Below the pieces are notes generated by a model. That model worked only from the letters and a program-made list of their open reading frames with translations, was not told the origin of the DNA and made no database searches. 49,943 nt of DNA from Octopus bimaculoides. Taxonomy: Eukaryota. Made by a program: the position numbers and the translations under genes. The DNA lies in the NCBI RefSeq assembly GCF_001194135.2, contig NC_068989.1, positions 63,572,049-63,621,991 on the forward strand, given 5' to 3'. Below are positions 12,212 to 25,050 of the stretch, piece after piece; positions within the stretch are counted from its first letter, which is position 1; every line of letters begins with the position of its first letter.

Positions 12212-13705
12212 CTCCTACAGATGGTATCTCTATACAGTAAATACCATGTCACTTATCTAAAGTGTGATAAAACCAATTCGTCATAGACCCCTTCACGCAT
12301 TTCGCTATTGATTAATTACAAGTTTCAAAAGGTATGCATTCAAATGTTCACCCCGGGGCCTACTCAGATGTTTTTGTAACCTTTTTATAATGCATTGTTC
12401 TTAGGAACTCAAATCAATTTATCTTCAGAATTTGTTGTCTAGAAAATTTTATATTCTATGAATATTATATATACATATATGCATGTGTGTATGTATGCGT
12501 GTGTCTGTGTGTGTATCTCTGCGTGTACGCACTCGCGTGTTTGTGTGTGTGTACACACACTTATATATACGTATATGTACATGTACTATGTATTATATAT
12601 TATGCATTATATATGTTTATATACACATATATATAATCAGTCATTGTAGCTTAGTTGTTTTCAGTTAGACACAATAAGATTTAGTAGACAACTATAGAAG
12701 AAAGTTTTTAAAATAAACCAATTTCCTGAGAATCTCAAATGAAATCCTCTGAATAGCCATAGGTACAATTCATCTTTTGAATCAATATTATTGCATTTTA
12801 CTTTGTGGTATTGAGTCCCTCCGTTCGGGTAATTGAATTTCATACCATTGTAAAACTATCAATGTAATGTGTGTATGTGTGACTATATGTGGAGCTTATA
12901 TAATTATGTAAATTTCTACGATTTTCGTGTCTGTATGTGTATGCATGTAGGTGTTTAAAAGTTTTCAGCAAATAAATATGTATATAAATAATTTTAGAAT
13001 AAAAACCCTGCCTGTGAAACGTTGAGACCTTTTAATTATTAATATCAATGAATTAAGTTTTACCTTTTAACTAATTCATTTTCAATTTATTGGCAAACTT
13101 ATTTGTTAGGACGAATTAGTTTTAGAAGTTGTTTTATCTGCATCCATTAGTTTCTGTATTAAATTATTTATTGTTCGGGTACATCGATACTTTCAAACTT
13201 CATACATATACACACACGCAAACACACACACACACACATTATATATACATGCGCTTGTGTTTGTCATATAGATATAAACATATTTATATATATATANNNN
13301 NNNNNNTTTACTTTGTGTGTATGAATAATTCCATATTATCTAGCTATGATTTTTTTTCTATCTAACATAAAATGTACTTGGGAATTTTGCCAGATATTTG
13401 ATGTTTTGATGTTTCTAACAAGTGTAAATTTTGATGATATTTAGGGAAATAAATCACAATGTTTTTAATTTTGCCTCCTCACTTTGGCTGAAAGCCACAT
13501 ATTTATTTTAGAAAGGGGTCATATAATCGATGGAATCAAGCCATTATATTACTGGTATTTGATTTTATCTGAACTGGTACAGTGGACGGCACACACAACT
13601 CCCACAGGTTTTTAATGAATAAAAGTAGCACAACATAACGACGCATGTAATTTAGATACAATATGGTTAGTGATATGCCTCCCTTACAATATTTATTTCG
13701 ATATT

Positions 13706-14103
13706 AAAGCGGCTAACTGACACAATTGTTATCACGCCGCGCAAAATACTTAGCGAAATTCTTTCCATCTTGATGTTCTGAGTTCATAATCTGCCGACGT
13801 GGACTTTGCCATAACCCTTTCGCGATCGATAAAATTCCACTGGAACACTAGCGTTCGATGTAAACGATTCATACTCTCTTCCAAACCTGCTGACTTTCTG
13901 CCAAACTTTGAAACCAGTATTTATTTCAATGTCAATACTTTTCAAGACGGCGAGTTGGCAAAATCCTTTTAACGCCGACCAGAATCAGTAGCTGCATTTT
14001 TCTGGCTCTTTATATTCTGAGTTCAAATTCCGCCGAGATCACCTTTGTATTCCATCTTTTCAGGGTCGTTACAATTGAGTAGTAGGATCGATATCATCGA
14101 CTA
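13706..14103 (+). mobile_element. SINE family A, tandem pair (13706-13922 and 13944-14103)
   Basis: Two heads (aaagcggc.., aagacggcgagttggca), each followed by ttctgagttca(t)aa(a)t, then body motifs. Confidence 0.7.
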
Positions 14104-14769
14104 GCACCATCCGTCTACAACATTTTGTTCGTACAGTAGAACGTACATTAACTATTTCTGACTTAAGTACACGGTTTCAAATTTTGGGTGAGTGATATAA
14201 TCGATCCTATCCGACCTAGTTTCTGAATGTTACGTACGTTTCGAACTGAGAGGCGTCAAAGATGACTTAGATTAGATGCAAAGTATCGGGACATAACGAA
14301 ATTGCATATTTCAAGATTTGTATTCTTTTGCTATGCAATTTAAAGCTTTTGAATCTCAGACGTTGCAAAACAGTTCCGATTTTCATTTAACTTATTATTT
14401 TATCTATACCTGTGATGCCTTCACTGTAACTTAACTTTCTTGTACTTCTGTCTTCCTCTCTTGTATGTTATAAATCCCTTTCTGAGAGTATAAGAGAATC
14501 TGATACTTTCGTAGCTGATTTTCATTGAAATTTTATTCAATATAAGGTATATTAATAATGATTGAGACGACATTTATCATTTAACATATGTATAAATTAT
14601 ACCCTCATAGTAAACTTAAGTAAACGGCATACAATTTTTATTTTACGATCGTCAACATTCCACAGTGGGGTATAAAACTGCTGTCATTTTAAAATCTTCC
14701 CATTCTTTTACCTGACCGCCGTGATCAGATTAAAACTTTGATGTTTTGCTTTTCTGCAAATATATCATT

Positions 14770-16200
14770 TTCGTAGAATATTGTTCAGTTATGAAAGAGG
14801 TGAATGTGACAGCTTCATAGACCTTATCCCATATGCGACGGGGTATAAGGTATCTGAACTTAGTGGTGAAGAGTTTCCATCTGAGTTTGCTTCGTGGATT
14901 TACGATGGGATTCAGTTCTTTGTTCCATCTTGCAGGTTCCATTTGAGACCTGACTCTTCTTCCTTCTCTCTTGCATGTACAGCAACTCTTTGTCACATCA
15001 AACACTGTTCCCTTGTCCATCAGTGAGAAAAGAACTAACGAGAATATGCAGAATGTTTGCGTTGCTCGTAACGAAAGCAAGTGACTCATTTAGGCTGCCA
15101 AGTCTCAGTACACCCAAAGCACCCATAGCCATCTTTTCTCTCAAAAATTTAACTCTCATGACTTCTGGAGAATCGGCTGTAATGTTTTCAGCAAGGGCAA
15201 ATCGTTTATTTCTCCTTTCTTTCATAGTCCAGAATTTCTTACAATTTCGAGGGACAGGCTGAGCTATTTTCTCGACAGTGCTCTACTAATTTTATTTTAG
15301 ATTGCACAAGTCATATTTGTTTTAGTTTCATACAAAAACTCCTAATAGCTGCAAAATCTTCCTGCATATAACTGCTAAAATGGTTGCCGGAGTGATTGCA
15401 AAACTGGTTCCATTTAAGTTTAGTGGTCCTGATGCTATACCGGTCGTCGTTTTTCAGCAATGTAACCCTGAACTAGACCCTTCTTTCGATATTGTTCAAC
15501 AAATTTCTTTCCAATTCTTGCTTTGCGTTCCTTGGAAATCTTCGTTTGTTTTTCTTGTTTTTAAGAATAGTGAGAAAATATCTGACCTACACAATTATCG
15601 TCCTCTAAGACTTCTTTCTGTGATAAATAAGGTCTTTTAATATAGTTTCCGTACATCTAGGTCTACTGTTATATCTGAATATTTCTATTGTTCACTTAAC
15701 TCTTCTGGTCAATAGTTCTTGAGGTTCCGAAAGATTTTGACCAAGTATCGCACATTGGACTAATTCATAAACTCAGAAGTTCTGACCAGTTTTGAACTTC
15801 TTTTAACATCATAAAATCGTTTCTTTTAAATGTGGCCCTTGATGGACGACAATCAGATTCATAAGCTATCAATGCTGGGGGTGATATAAGGTTCTGTAAT
15901 TATTCAATACCATTCATCTTTTTCATTAATAACCTTCTAGATCATATGGTATTGAATAATTACAGAACCTTAACACTCGATAACACTCGATTTTGCTCCT
16001 GTGATGATAAAACCATGAACCTTGAGCAAGCTGCTTTCTTGAGGGTGATATTTTAGCAGTTGGCGGAGTAGCGTAGTGACTGACTGGTGACTTTTAATGT
16101 TGGCATGAGAAAGCTTTTTCTTTTTTTTAGTTAATTGTAATGGGTAGCAATTATTCAAGCAATTTCTGCGGCTGATCTTGAATTCAAATGCTGCTGGTTT
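14770..16200 (+). mobile_element. Decayed CR1/L2/Jockey-group LINE ORF2 (endonuclease-RT linker and reverse transcriptase)
   Basis: Frameshifted motifs in the correct order: WIYDGIQFFVPS, SQKFNSHDFWRI (about 15140-15175), KFSGPDAIP, WKSSFVFLVFKN..NYRPLRLLSVINKVF (ORF 15380-15640), KDFDQVSHIGLIHKL (15730-15774), INAG, and DNT (decayed ADD). Many stops. Confidence 0.9.
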
Positions 16201-17539
16201 CCTTTTCTCCCAATGTGTTAAAAAAAAAAAAACTAAAATATATTTATTGTTTTGATATCTATTTATTTCTTACATGTTAATTTTTTACATATTTTAATTT
16301 TCGATTTTATNNNNNNNNNNNNNNNNNNNNNNNNNNNNNNNNNNNNNNNNNNNNNNNNNNNNNNNNNNNNNNNNNNNNNNNNNNNNNNNNNNNNNNNNNN
16401 NNNNNNNNNNNNNNNNNNNNNNNNNNNNNNNNNNNNNNNNNNNNNNNNNNNNNNNNNNNNNNNNNNNNNNNNNNNNNNNNNNNNNNNNNNNNNNNNNNNN
16501 NNNNNNNNNNNNNNNNNNNNNNNNNNNNNNNNNNNNNNNNNNNNNNNNNNNNNNNNNNNNNNNNNNNNNNNNNNNNNNNNNNNNNNNNNNNNNNNNNNNN
16601 NNNNNNNNNNNNNNNNNNNNNNNNNNNNNNNNNNNNNNNNNNNNNNNNNNNNNNNNNNNNNNNNNNNNNNNNNNNNNNNNNNNNNGGTTGTGGTATTGAG
16701 CATTATTATTGTTGTTGTTGTTTATGTTATAACTCTTTGTTGGAAAAGACATTTCCCTTGTGCCTGTTAGGGTTAAACTTTTTTTTTATCCGCTGTTGTG
16801 ATCTTACCAAAACCTCCAAAGAGCTGATCGATTCCTTTGTTTTTTTTTTCTTTTTTTGGTGTGTTCTTTTATTTGTCTCTTAGGGATATGAAATCTGAGT
16901 AGATATTTCCAAGAGTCATTGCGTTGAACAAAATATCAATTCTAAATATGGCGTTGTATTTGTCAGACAACCAATGAACCTGCCAACCAGAATGGGAATC
17001 GGGAGGCGCTTTTGAGAGGGAAAATGAAACTTGCCAATCAAAGCTTCCCCTCCGACTTCTTCCGATTGTGCAATGTAGCCGTACCATCAACACTACTGCT
17101 ACGAGTTACAACAGAAACAGCAGTAACGTTAACAAAAGTAACAGCAACAGTAATAAGTACTACTGAATGAACAACATATCGAAGAAAACGAATAGCCTTA
17201 CAATGATCAATGCGAACAACAACCAAAAAATAAATAGGAAGCCACGATCAAAACTGTCAGTCTTTTTTTCATTTCTGCATAAACGAAATTTAACACGGTG
17301 AAGAAAAGAAACATAACCACCACTACTATCTTCACCTCTAGGAAAGCAGAAAGTAACAAAAACGAGGATATTGCTGCTGCTGTTGCTGCCGCTGCTATGT
17401 AAAACTACTGTGGTCAGTGAAAACAGAATTAGCAGGAACAATAAAATACACCACTAGATCACATGATGAAATAGAATTTTCGCGAATCTAACACAATCCA
17501 CGGCAAAAAAGTGGGCAAAATATGAAATAGCAAAGAGAC

Positions 17540-18440
17540 GACATAATGCAGGTCGGAAAATTTATATGAAGAGAATGGACAAGGATCAAAGGGGAAAAGC
17601 CATGCAACCTTTTCAAAGAAGTAAAACGATGCCTTATGATATAGAGATACATAAGTTTAAGGAATTAAAAGGGAAAGATATTGACCTCTGCATAGATGGA
17701 ATACTGCCTGCAGTTAGTATTGGAACACTGTACTTTGACCTCACGCGGTAGATTATATAGAAAGATGGGTCTGTGATTCACTCCAAAGATCGTGACGAAT
17801 AATTATAGCAATATATAACAATCCTAAACAATGAGGAATTTATTCTACTTTCAACATATATGTGAAAATGCTGGCGAAATTGAAGATATCGCATATGCAA
17901 CCAGATGTGAATATCTGGTTTTTGGAAGTGACCATCAAATCCACCGACATAGATGACGAAATTATTATAGACGTGCACTGGTTGCACCGGAAGAACTGAT
18001 CAGGGATGATGTCGAAGCTTTCAGTCCCAAGGAAATATAATATAATCGAAGCCATTTCTCTCCTAATCGACCTGTCAGACAGCGTCAGTTGAGATATAGT
18101 AAGGTAGAAGGCCAAAACGGACCGATTCCTCTTTTGATGAAGAACAATGTCATGAGTGAGTTATTAGTGAATCCCACGAAACTGTTCTTTCCATCACTGC
18201 AATAATATTGCGTGAGTCTTTATAAAGACTCAGCCACTTCTAGGTATTTTCAAGATGTCTGTCTCAGGTGAATGTCAAAGAGGGTAAACAAAATAGATCC
18301 TGCAGGACACCTATTCCCCCGAAATGCTCATTATCAAATATACAGATGTTATGACAATTTGGGTGTCTCATAGCCAGCCTCAAGGTAGAAAGTTATCTGC
18401 ATATGTTTGAGATTCTGGTGAACAACGAACGGTAAACGGG
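17540..18440 (+). mobile_element. Possible highly decayed Penelope-like RT remnant
   Basis: Weak motif echoes only: QLVLEHCTLTSRGRLYR/KDG, NIWFLEVTI..DVH..RK and RRAL..EELIRDD. Confidence 0.22.
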
Positions 18441-18480
18441 ATTCAGAGTGTCCAAAAGTCCATATCCTTGACGTTCTTTT

Positions 18481-18720
18481 TGCTCGCTCCCAATCGCTTC
18501 CTTCTCGTCCGCCTAGGCCGCCGCCTAGGCCGCACACACTCCCGGCCGACAGCGCTTTCGATCGCAAACTCACGGGTACGGTACCGGCCGCGTGGCTCGT
18601 ATCGCAGCCGACACGTCGGCCTTTCCATCGCGGTGCCGGCGGTTCGGCGGCGGCAGTCCGCCGCCGAGGCGTCGCTCTCAATTCGGCCTCTTTCGATCGG
18701 CTCTTTCGATTCGGCCTCTT
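18481..18720. other. CpG-rich GC island with hairpins and short tandem repeats
   Basis: By hand count 161/240 bases are G+C (67%), with about 39 CpG, in strongly AT-rich surroundings. It contains a perfect 10-bp stem (18644-18667), CGCCTAGGCCG x2 and CGGC(C)TCTTTCGAT x3. Confidence 0.85.
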
Positions 18721-19420
18721 TCGATCAGAATGTAGCAGAATCTTAATGCCACTGCTATGAGCAAATAACGAAATAACAAGATATGATATTTGGGAACGGT
18801 TAAGTGAAAGCTTTTTACATTACAATAGCAAATGTCAAAAAAATAGTCACGTCTAAACATTTGTTTCAACTTTTGTTTAATCTACGCATAAATATATGTT
18901 AAAATTTATTCATAGGTTGCTTTCCTGAACTTGTGTAGATGTAAATATGCAAATTCGACCGATTTTGTTCAAGCGATCATTACCCAAGATACGAGCTAAA
19001 ACTTTGAAGGAAATAATAGCCATTTTCTGTACGTTATGAACGAAATTAATAAATAACACTACTCAGCAAAAAAATGTTACTGCATAATGTTATGAGGTAT
19101 TTGCAAGTGATCATAAGTAGCAATATTTACTTGAACCCCATCAATCTCTTTGCACACGTGAATTGGTATATCTTTGAGTAATGGTATGTTATCATTCTCT
19201 GATGCCTGTTTCAATTGTATGCATATATTCATTCGTTCTTGGAGTAATACTTTATTCTTTGTAGCTGAAACGTTAAAGCGTCGAAATGAATGCATTGCAG
19301 TATTGTTTATCTCCTTTCTCTTTCTTCACCTTCCTTCTCACATTTTTTTGTAAACCCACACTAAAATTGTAAACTGCCCCCGTGCTGATGTCCTTGTGAC
19401 AAATATATGAAATCCCCAAC

Positions 19421-20009
<589 letters not shown>

Positions 20010-21282
20010 CAATGAATCTGACTGAAACCTTTTCTTCTTTCGTCCGAATACACTTCTGGATATGAAATAACACAGAATAACTTCTTATCGATATGTTTCA
20101 TTATTATGCAGAGTTTTCACTACTTAAAATGATTGAGGAACAAAATAAATATATTTACTCTATTCAGGAGGATATGGCGTAGATATGTGTTCATTTTAGT
20201 TAAGAAATTTATGTAGATTCATCGGGAAATATCCTGCAAAGAAAATTATCAGTTTGAGGTCATTGTTGATCCGGTCAGTGCAATGAAGGTATATCCCTTT
20301 ATAGGAAAGATAAAAATATTCTATTTAAAATCAATGCATGAATCAAATAATACTCCAGCCCAATTTCATCAATTGAATTATTAAACAAACTTACTGAGTT
20401 GAATATTAAATTACTATTCCCTAATGTAATTATAGCAATTTGCTTTTTATTATTCTTTTCCTTTTTGCCTGCCAGTCACAGCTAAAGCTTATGAAATCAA
20501 CGGTGTACCAATTCATGTCAGAGAATCTCAGACTTTTAGCAATCGAAACATTTCTTGCACCTAAATTTAATTATGACAATAATTGACGTCTTTTGCTATT
20601 CGTAAGATTAGCAATGCTCACTTGTAATTATGATTATGGAAATAATATACTCGAATTGATAACATAAAGTTATTCTTATAATATTTTGACTTGGAGTTCC
20701 TATGATAATGTTTTATGTATACCAGCAGGAAAGCAATGTTGCTTATCGGTGCCGTTAGAGACTGGGCGTTATCTTGATTTTTAGCGTCATGAGGGCAAAG
20801 TTATATATAGTACGGTATTGTTAAATTTCATCAGTGGATTAAAGTTTTAACGCGGTAGCTACAACTTCAAATACCACAGGAGAGAGAAAAGAAAGAAGAA
20901 AAACAAGACTTTCGATAATTTTGTGCGTGTGTGTGTGTGTTTTTTTTTTGTTTTTTTTTTCAGAAAAGAAGCAGGAAAATATGTGTACGAATTTCTTGTT
21001 GAAAATGCACCCGAATTTGAAAAACTAGTAATGTTTTTAAATAAATTTATTTACATACATAGCAAACTAGTTTCAACAATGTTTTGTTTATCAATGGTAT
21101 AAACGTATGAGATTTTTTAAATTTTAAATTGCGAAGTAGTAAAACTTTTTAAATGATTAAGTTGTCACAAAATTCAATAATATCAAAAATGACCAACGAA
21201 GAATATAAAAAATGTTGCTCAACAAAACTTCGGTCATACTGAGTTAACGAGAGAAAAGGGGAAAAGAACAAAATAAGGAAAA

Positions 21283-21346
21283 GGGGTTTTGTTACAGTTT
21301 CTGTGATCTGGGGTTTTGTTACAGTTTCTGTGATCTGGGGTTTTGT
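21283..21346 (+). repeat. 27-bp tandem duplication (2.4 copies)
   Basis: GGGGTTTTGTTACAGTTTCTGTGATCT at 21283-21309 and 21310-21336, plus GGGGTTTTGT. Confidence 0.95.
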
Positions 21347-21799
21347 CCGTCGCGTGCAGGGTTTTCGCTTGTAACGGAGTATTTTGGAATTAGTGTTTTT
21401 ATAAGCTTTTCCGTGAAGGGATCTAATTTTTGATTCGTTATAATTCTGATGACATCTTATACTTTCAGGTTGTCAAGATTGGCGTTTTGCCTGCTTGACG
21501 TCCCTGTAGGGAATGGTCATCAACCGTTATAGTTCGTTGATTCTCTTAAACAGTCTTGGTGATTTATTTGCTGATGGTCCGGTTCTGATTGAAGGCAAAA
21601 TTACATTGGTCTAGAGAGAGGTGACATCAGCAGCTGGTGTTTGTATGTTATTATTGTACGGTGATTTAGAGTTGCGGCTTCGAAACCCGAGAGGAAGACT
21701 GTTACTAAATGTTTTCCAATTATGTCTGTTATATCTGGTGGGGTATTTTGTGGAGAAATTGAACTTTTCTTCTTTTTAGTGTTTTTTTTCTTCTTCTTT

Positions 21800-22385
21800 C
21801 TAAAGGATATTCAGACATGGTTTATATTTTTTAATGAGTATACTTCCCTTATTCAATTGTAATTGGGTTGATGTGCTTCCGGTGCACCGATAGAGAGAGA
21901 AGATTTGGTATTTCGGGTTTGTGTTTGCGAGGTTTTGGTGTAGGTGTCTACTCACGGGAATTTTCCTAGTCGTGGTGTCCCAGATTTTTGGCCTGTGTAC
22001 TGTCAGTCTGTCCCACAATGTCAAACTAGTTTGACCTACTTAGTCTCCATCACACCCACCACTTTTAAGAACATAGATTGAGCTCTTTGATGCATAGGTG
22101 AAGTGATTTATTATAGTAAAAAATTGACTTGACTTAAATTTATGTTGAGCTGTCCAAGTCACGTAGTTAAGGCGGTTGCATTTTTTGACTAGTGGGGTTG
22201 TATGTTTGGTAGGAGATTTGGCACTGGCGAGTAGCCTTTTTTAAGGATTGTGGTTGTCTCTTGCTTTTAATAACCCTATGTATTTCCTGTACTTTGTTCA
22301 TTCGCAGATCATTCATAAGGAGGGGTATGTTTTGGTGGATGATGTCGCATGCTTCTATGTTCCCCAGATTGTGTGTGATACGTAA
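21800..22385 (-). mobile_element. Penelope-like retroelement 3' fragment encoding a GIY-YIG endonuclease (pseudogenised)
   Basis: The - strand reads IIHQNIPLLMNDLRMNK..IKSKRQPQSLKK(fs)..SKSSIYVLKSGGCDGD*VGQTSLTLWDRLTVHRPKI..IPVSRHL..YQIFSLY..KYKPCLN. This gives the GIY-YIG hallmarks IYV..C..YVGQT..L..R..H and the terminal P.LN. Sequence at 21400-21800 is probably its 3' terminal repeat. Confidence 0.85.
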
Positions 22386-22799
22386 GATAAAGTTTTAAGT
22401 GTGTCATGGTGTGTCATGGTTGCTTGAACATTTAATCATTTAAATATGTTTTCTACTTAGCACTTCAAAATGTTTTAAATCTCATACGTTTATACCAACG
22501 ATAAACAAAACTGGTTGAAACTAGTTTGGTATGTATGTATGTATGTATATTCAACAACAAATTCTCCTAAAATTCACATATATATCGGCATTAGGTCATA
22601 AATCTGAAAAAGAAACACCCCTCTTCAATAGTATAGCAGCAACATTTTTTAGGAACTTAAAAGCTACGGCCGGTCATTGAGTGATCTCTCCACTTCCCAT
22701 TGGTTTCGTACATATAAAGCGCTTATAGGTGACTCCTCAGACTCAAATGGTTGAAGGTACATAATGTCTCTCTCTGTCTCTGTCTCTGTCTCTCTATTT

Positions 22800-22870
<71 letters not shown>

Positions 22871-24159
22871 CGTATGTGTGTGTGTGTGTGTGTGTATAGA
22901 TAGATAGATAGATAGATATAGGTTTGGTGGGTTAAACAAGATGAAACGAACGCAATAAAATGTACGTACTTTTTTATTATTTATAATAGGAAGTTAGAAC
23001 ACTGGATCAATAGTCGAATGTCTCATCTGAAAGTTGACATAAATGAAATTCTCGTCCATATAGTCACTTTTGTAGCTTTAACTTTTTGCCGTTTTAAAAA
23101 CATACGTTTATGTGTGTAGGTATATAGGTAATGTATAGGTATGTACGTATGTATGTGTGTAATAAATACAGACGAACGTGCTACCTGTTAGAGCAATAAC
23201 TATTTCATGAATATTCTTTATGGTAACGTAAACACAGTACAGTCAGGTATGTATTATGCATGATTATATAATACATTATGCAACTTTGAACTCTTCAAAC
23301 TCATCAAATATACCAACCAGCACTGAAACTTTGATTAATTAACAGATCGACAAGTGAAATTTTTAATCAGAATTACTAGTGTTTAAGAATGTTTTGTGGG
23401 ACCTCAATCTGTCAATTACGTTGATGATAGCAGAACGAGGGTGTAAATTAAAGAACAGTTAAATTGCAATAATGGTGGTAATAGTGAGTATAATAATAAT
23501 GATCATAATTGCAATAATTATACGGATAATACGGGTAGTTTTATTATCATTGATATTAGGTACATTACTAGATAAAAAAATAACCATTATGTATAGCAAG
23601 AATAGAATGAAAAATAAACATCATGTGTAGCAATAATAGAATAAATAATAAGCAACTTGTGTAGCAATAATAGATTAAAAATTAACCATCAGGTGAAGTA
23701 ACACATATAATAATAAGAAACACAGCAATAGTAATAATACTAGATGTACTGGTGTGAATATTTGTAGTAATTGTTATGGCAATAACTACAATTGAAGTAA
23801 TAATAGTAGTAATGATAAATAATATAATCATTTTGGGGACTATGTGTTGTTTATCATAACTACAGTATGAATGATGGTAATTCAAGTGGTGATTACATAC
23901 CTAACACGCATAACAATTCTGTTGCTCCTGGTTTGTATTGCATAATGGCATGTGTTCTGTAATCTACAATATTCCAATCCTGACGTTATCTAGATTATAC
24001 GATTAATTGTAGGAAGACATTTCTATGCCCGCGAGGAAATAAATCTGTGATTAAATCCACTGCATATAATTGTTATGTTAAAATTAATCTACATATTTTC
24101 ACTTACATAACTCCCAATTCTTCCATTTGTAAATTAAGAAAATATAATCCCTTTCATAC

Positions 24160-24400
24160 ATATAGAAGGAGAGATAAATCTTAAACCATATCGCTCTCTA
24201 TAGTGGAGAAGGCTAGCCCCTGGATTTGGTTAAAAAGAGACGATGAACGATGGCTAGAGAAATGTTGAGGTTTATTTAATAACCAGTTGATCTAACAAGT
24301 GGGGCCTCATATCAGTGAGGGGGGGCCGGTGCGCATTGATGCCGTCAAGAGGTAGGCCCCGAAACGGCGCTCATTCTCTCCTGATGACCCCATACACTTG
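24160..24400 (+). mobile_element. Probable 3' end of an RLE-type (HERO/NeSL-like) LINE with GC-rich 3' UTR
   Basis: The translation SIVEKASPWIWLKRDDERWLEKC* (about 24200-24268) resembles the conserved C-terminus AEKAS.WLW.KR of HERO-like elements. The downstream UTR has cccGAAAC and ctgatga, as I recall for such UTRs. Confidence 0.45.
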
Positions 24401-24449
24401 TTGGCTTCCGGTATGCGGAGTTCTCGATTGGTAGCACTTGCATGTGCAA

Positions 24450-25050
24450 GTTGTTTGCAAGTTAATGGTAGACATGGTCGCAATCTCTGCTGATTAGAAT
24501 TGTTGAAAATCTTAAAATGCACGGTTGATGCTATTCATAGAGCTGATGATGTAAGGTTCCTCTGCCTACATTCTACCCATAGAAGTTTCTTATATTTTAA
24601 AAAGATTAGATTCTGTAATGTCTTCTGCGACTGCTAGATATGTATCTATAACTCTAAGATGTAGACCTTAATTACTAATAATTTGATTTGTGGTGCATAC
24701 TCCAGCACCCTCTGAATGCACTCAGTTTTAAAGACATATACCGAAGACAGAAATTTAATGAAATTTATATTTATATAATTTAATTTCATAAGTATATTTA
24801 ATTTGCCTCTAGTTTTAGGTGATATCTTTATAATATTTTGTTCAGCGTCCCTAGTTATGGCCTTTAAAATTCTGCATAATCCATTATAATCCTATGAATT
24901 CTTTTAACGTTTATTAGCAGTTATAGCTTTTATGACCTTCACAGTTCTTTTAAATTCTTTTAACATTTTTTAACACTTACTATAATTTTAAATTGTTCTA
25001 GACAGCTACCCTTTAGGATTTGAAATGATTTCTTTATTCATAATAATAAT
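24450..25050 (-). mobile_element. Possible L1/Tx1-like LINE ORF2 C-terminal remnant
   Basis: A-rich - strand with a largely open frame: VYVFKTECIQRVLEY..QNLIFLKYKKLLWVECR (cf. HLF.EC..NLI...KY.IW..R). The resemblance is weak. Confidence 0.25.

Noticed and set aside
17900-17987. Kelch-like or endonuclease-like peptide VYNNFVIYVGGFDGH on the minus strand
   Set aside because: A single short motif with no repeats or supporting neighbours. It overlaps equally weak alternative readings.
19131-19264. Minus-strand candidate exon ATKNKVLLQERM..KEIDGVQ (AG..GTAAAT)
   Set aside because: No recognisable homology, and splicing to the next acceptor (about 18755) hits a stop within 3 codons.
22020-22035. 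16-bp perfect palindrome GTCAAACTAGTTTGAC
   Set aside because: It falls within the GQTSLT codons of the Penelope endonuclease and is compatible with chance.
24361-24392. Type II hammerhead (GAAAC followed by CTGATGA)
   Set aside because: Only 16 nt separate the boxes, too few for helices III and I, and the helix II strands (CCCC/CCCC) cannot pair.
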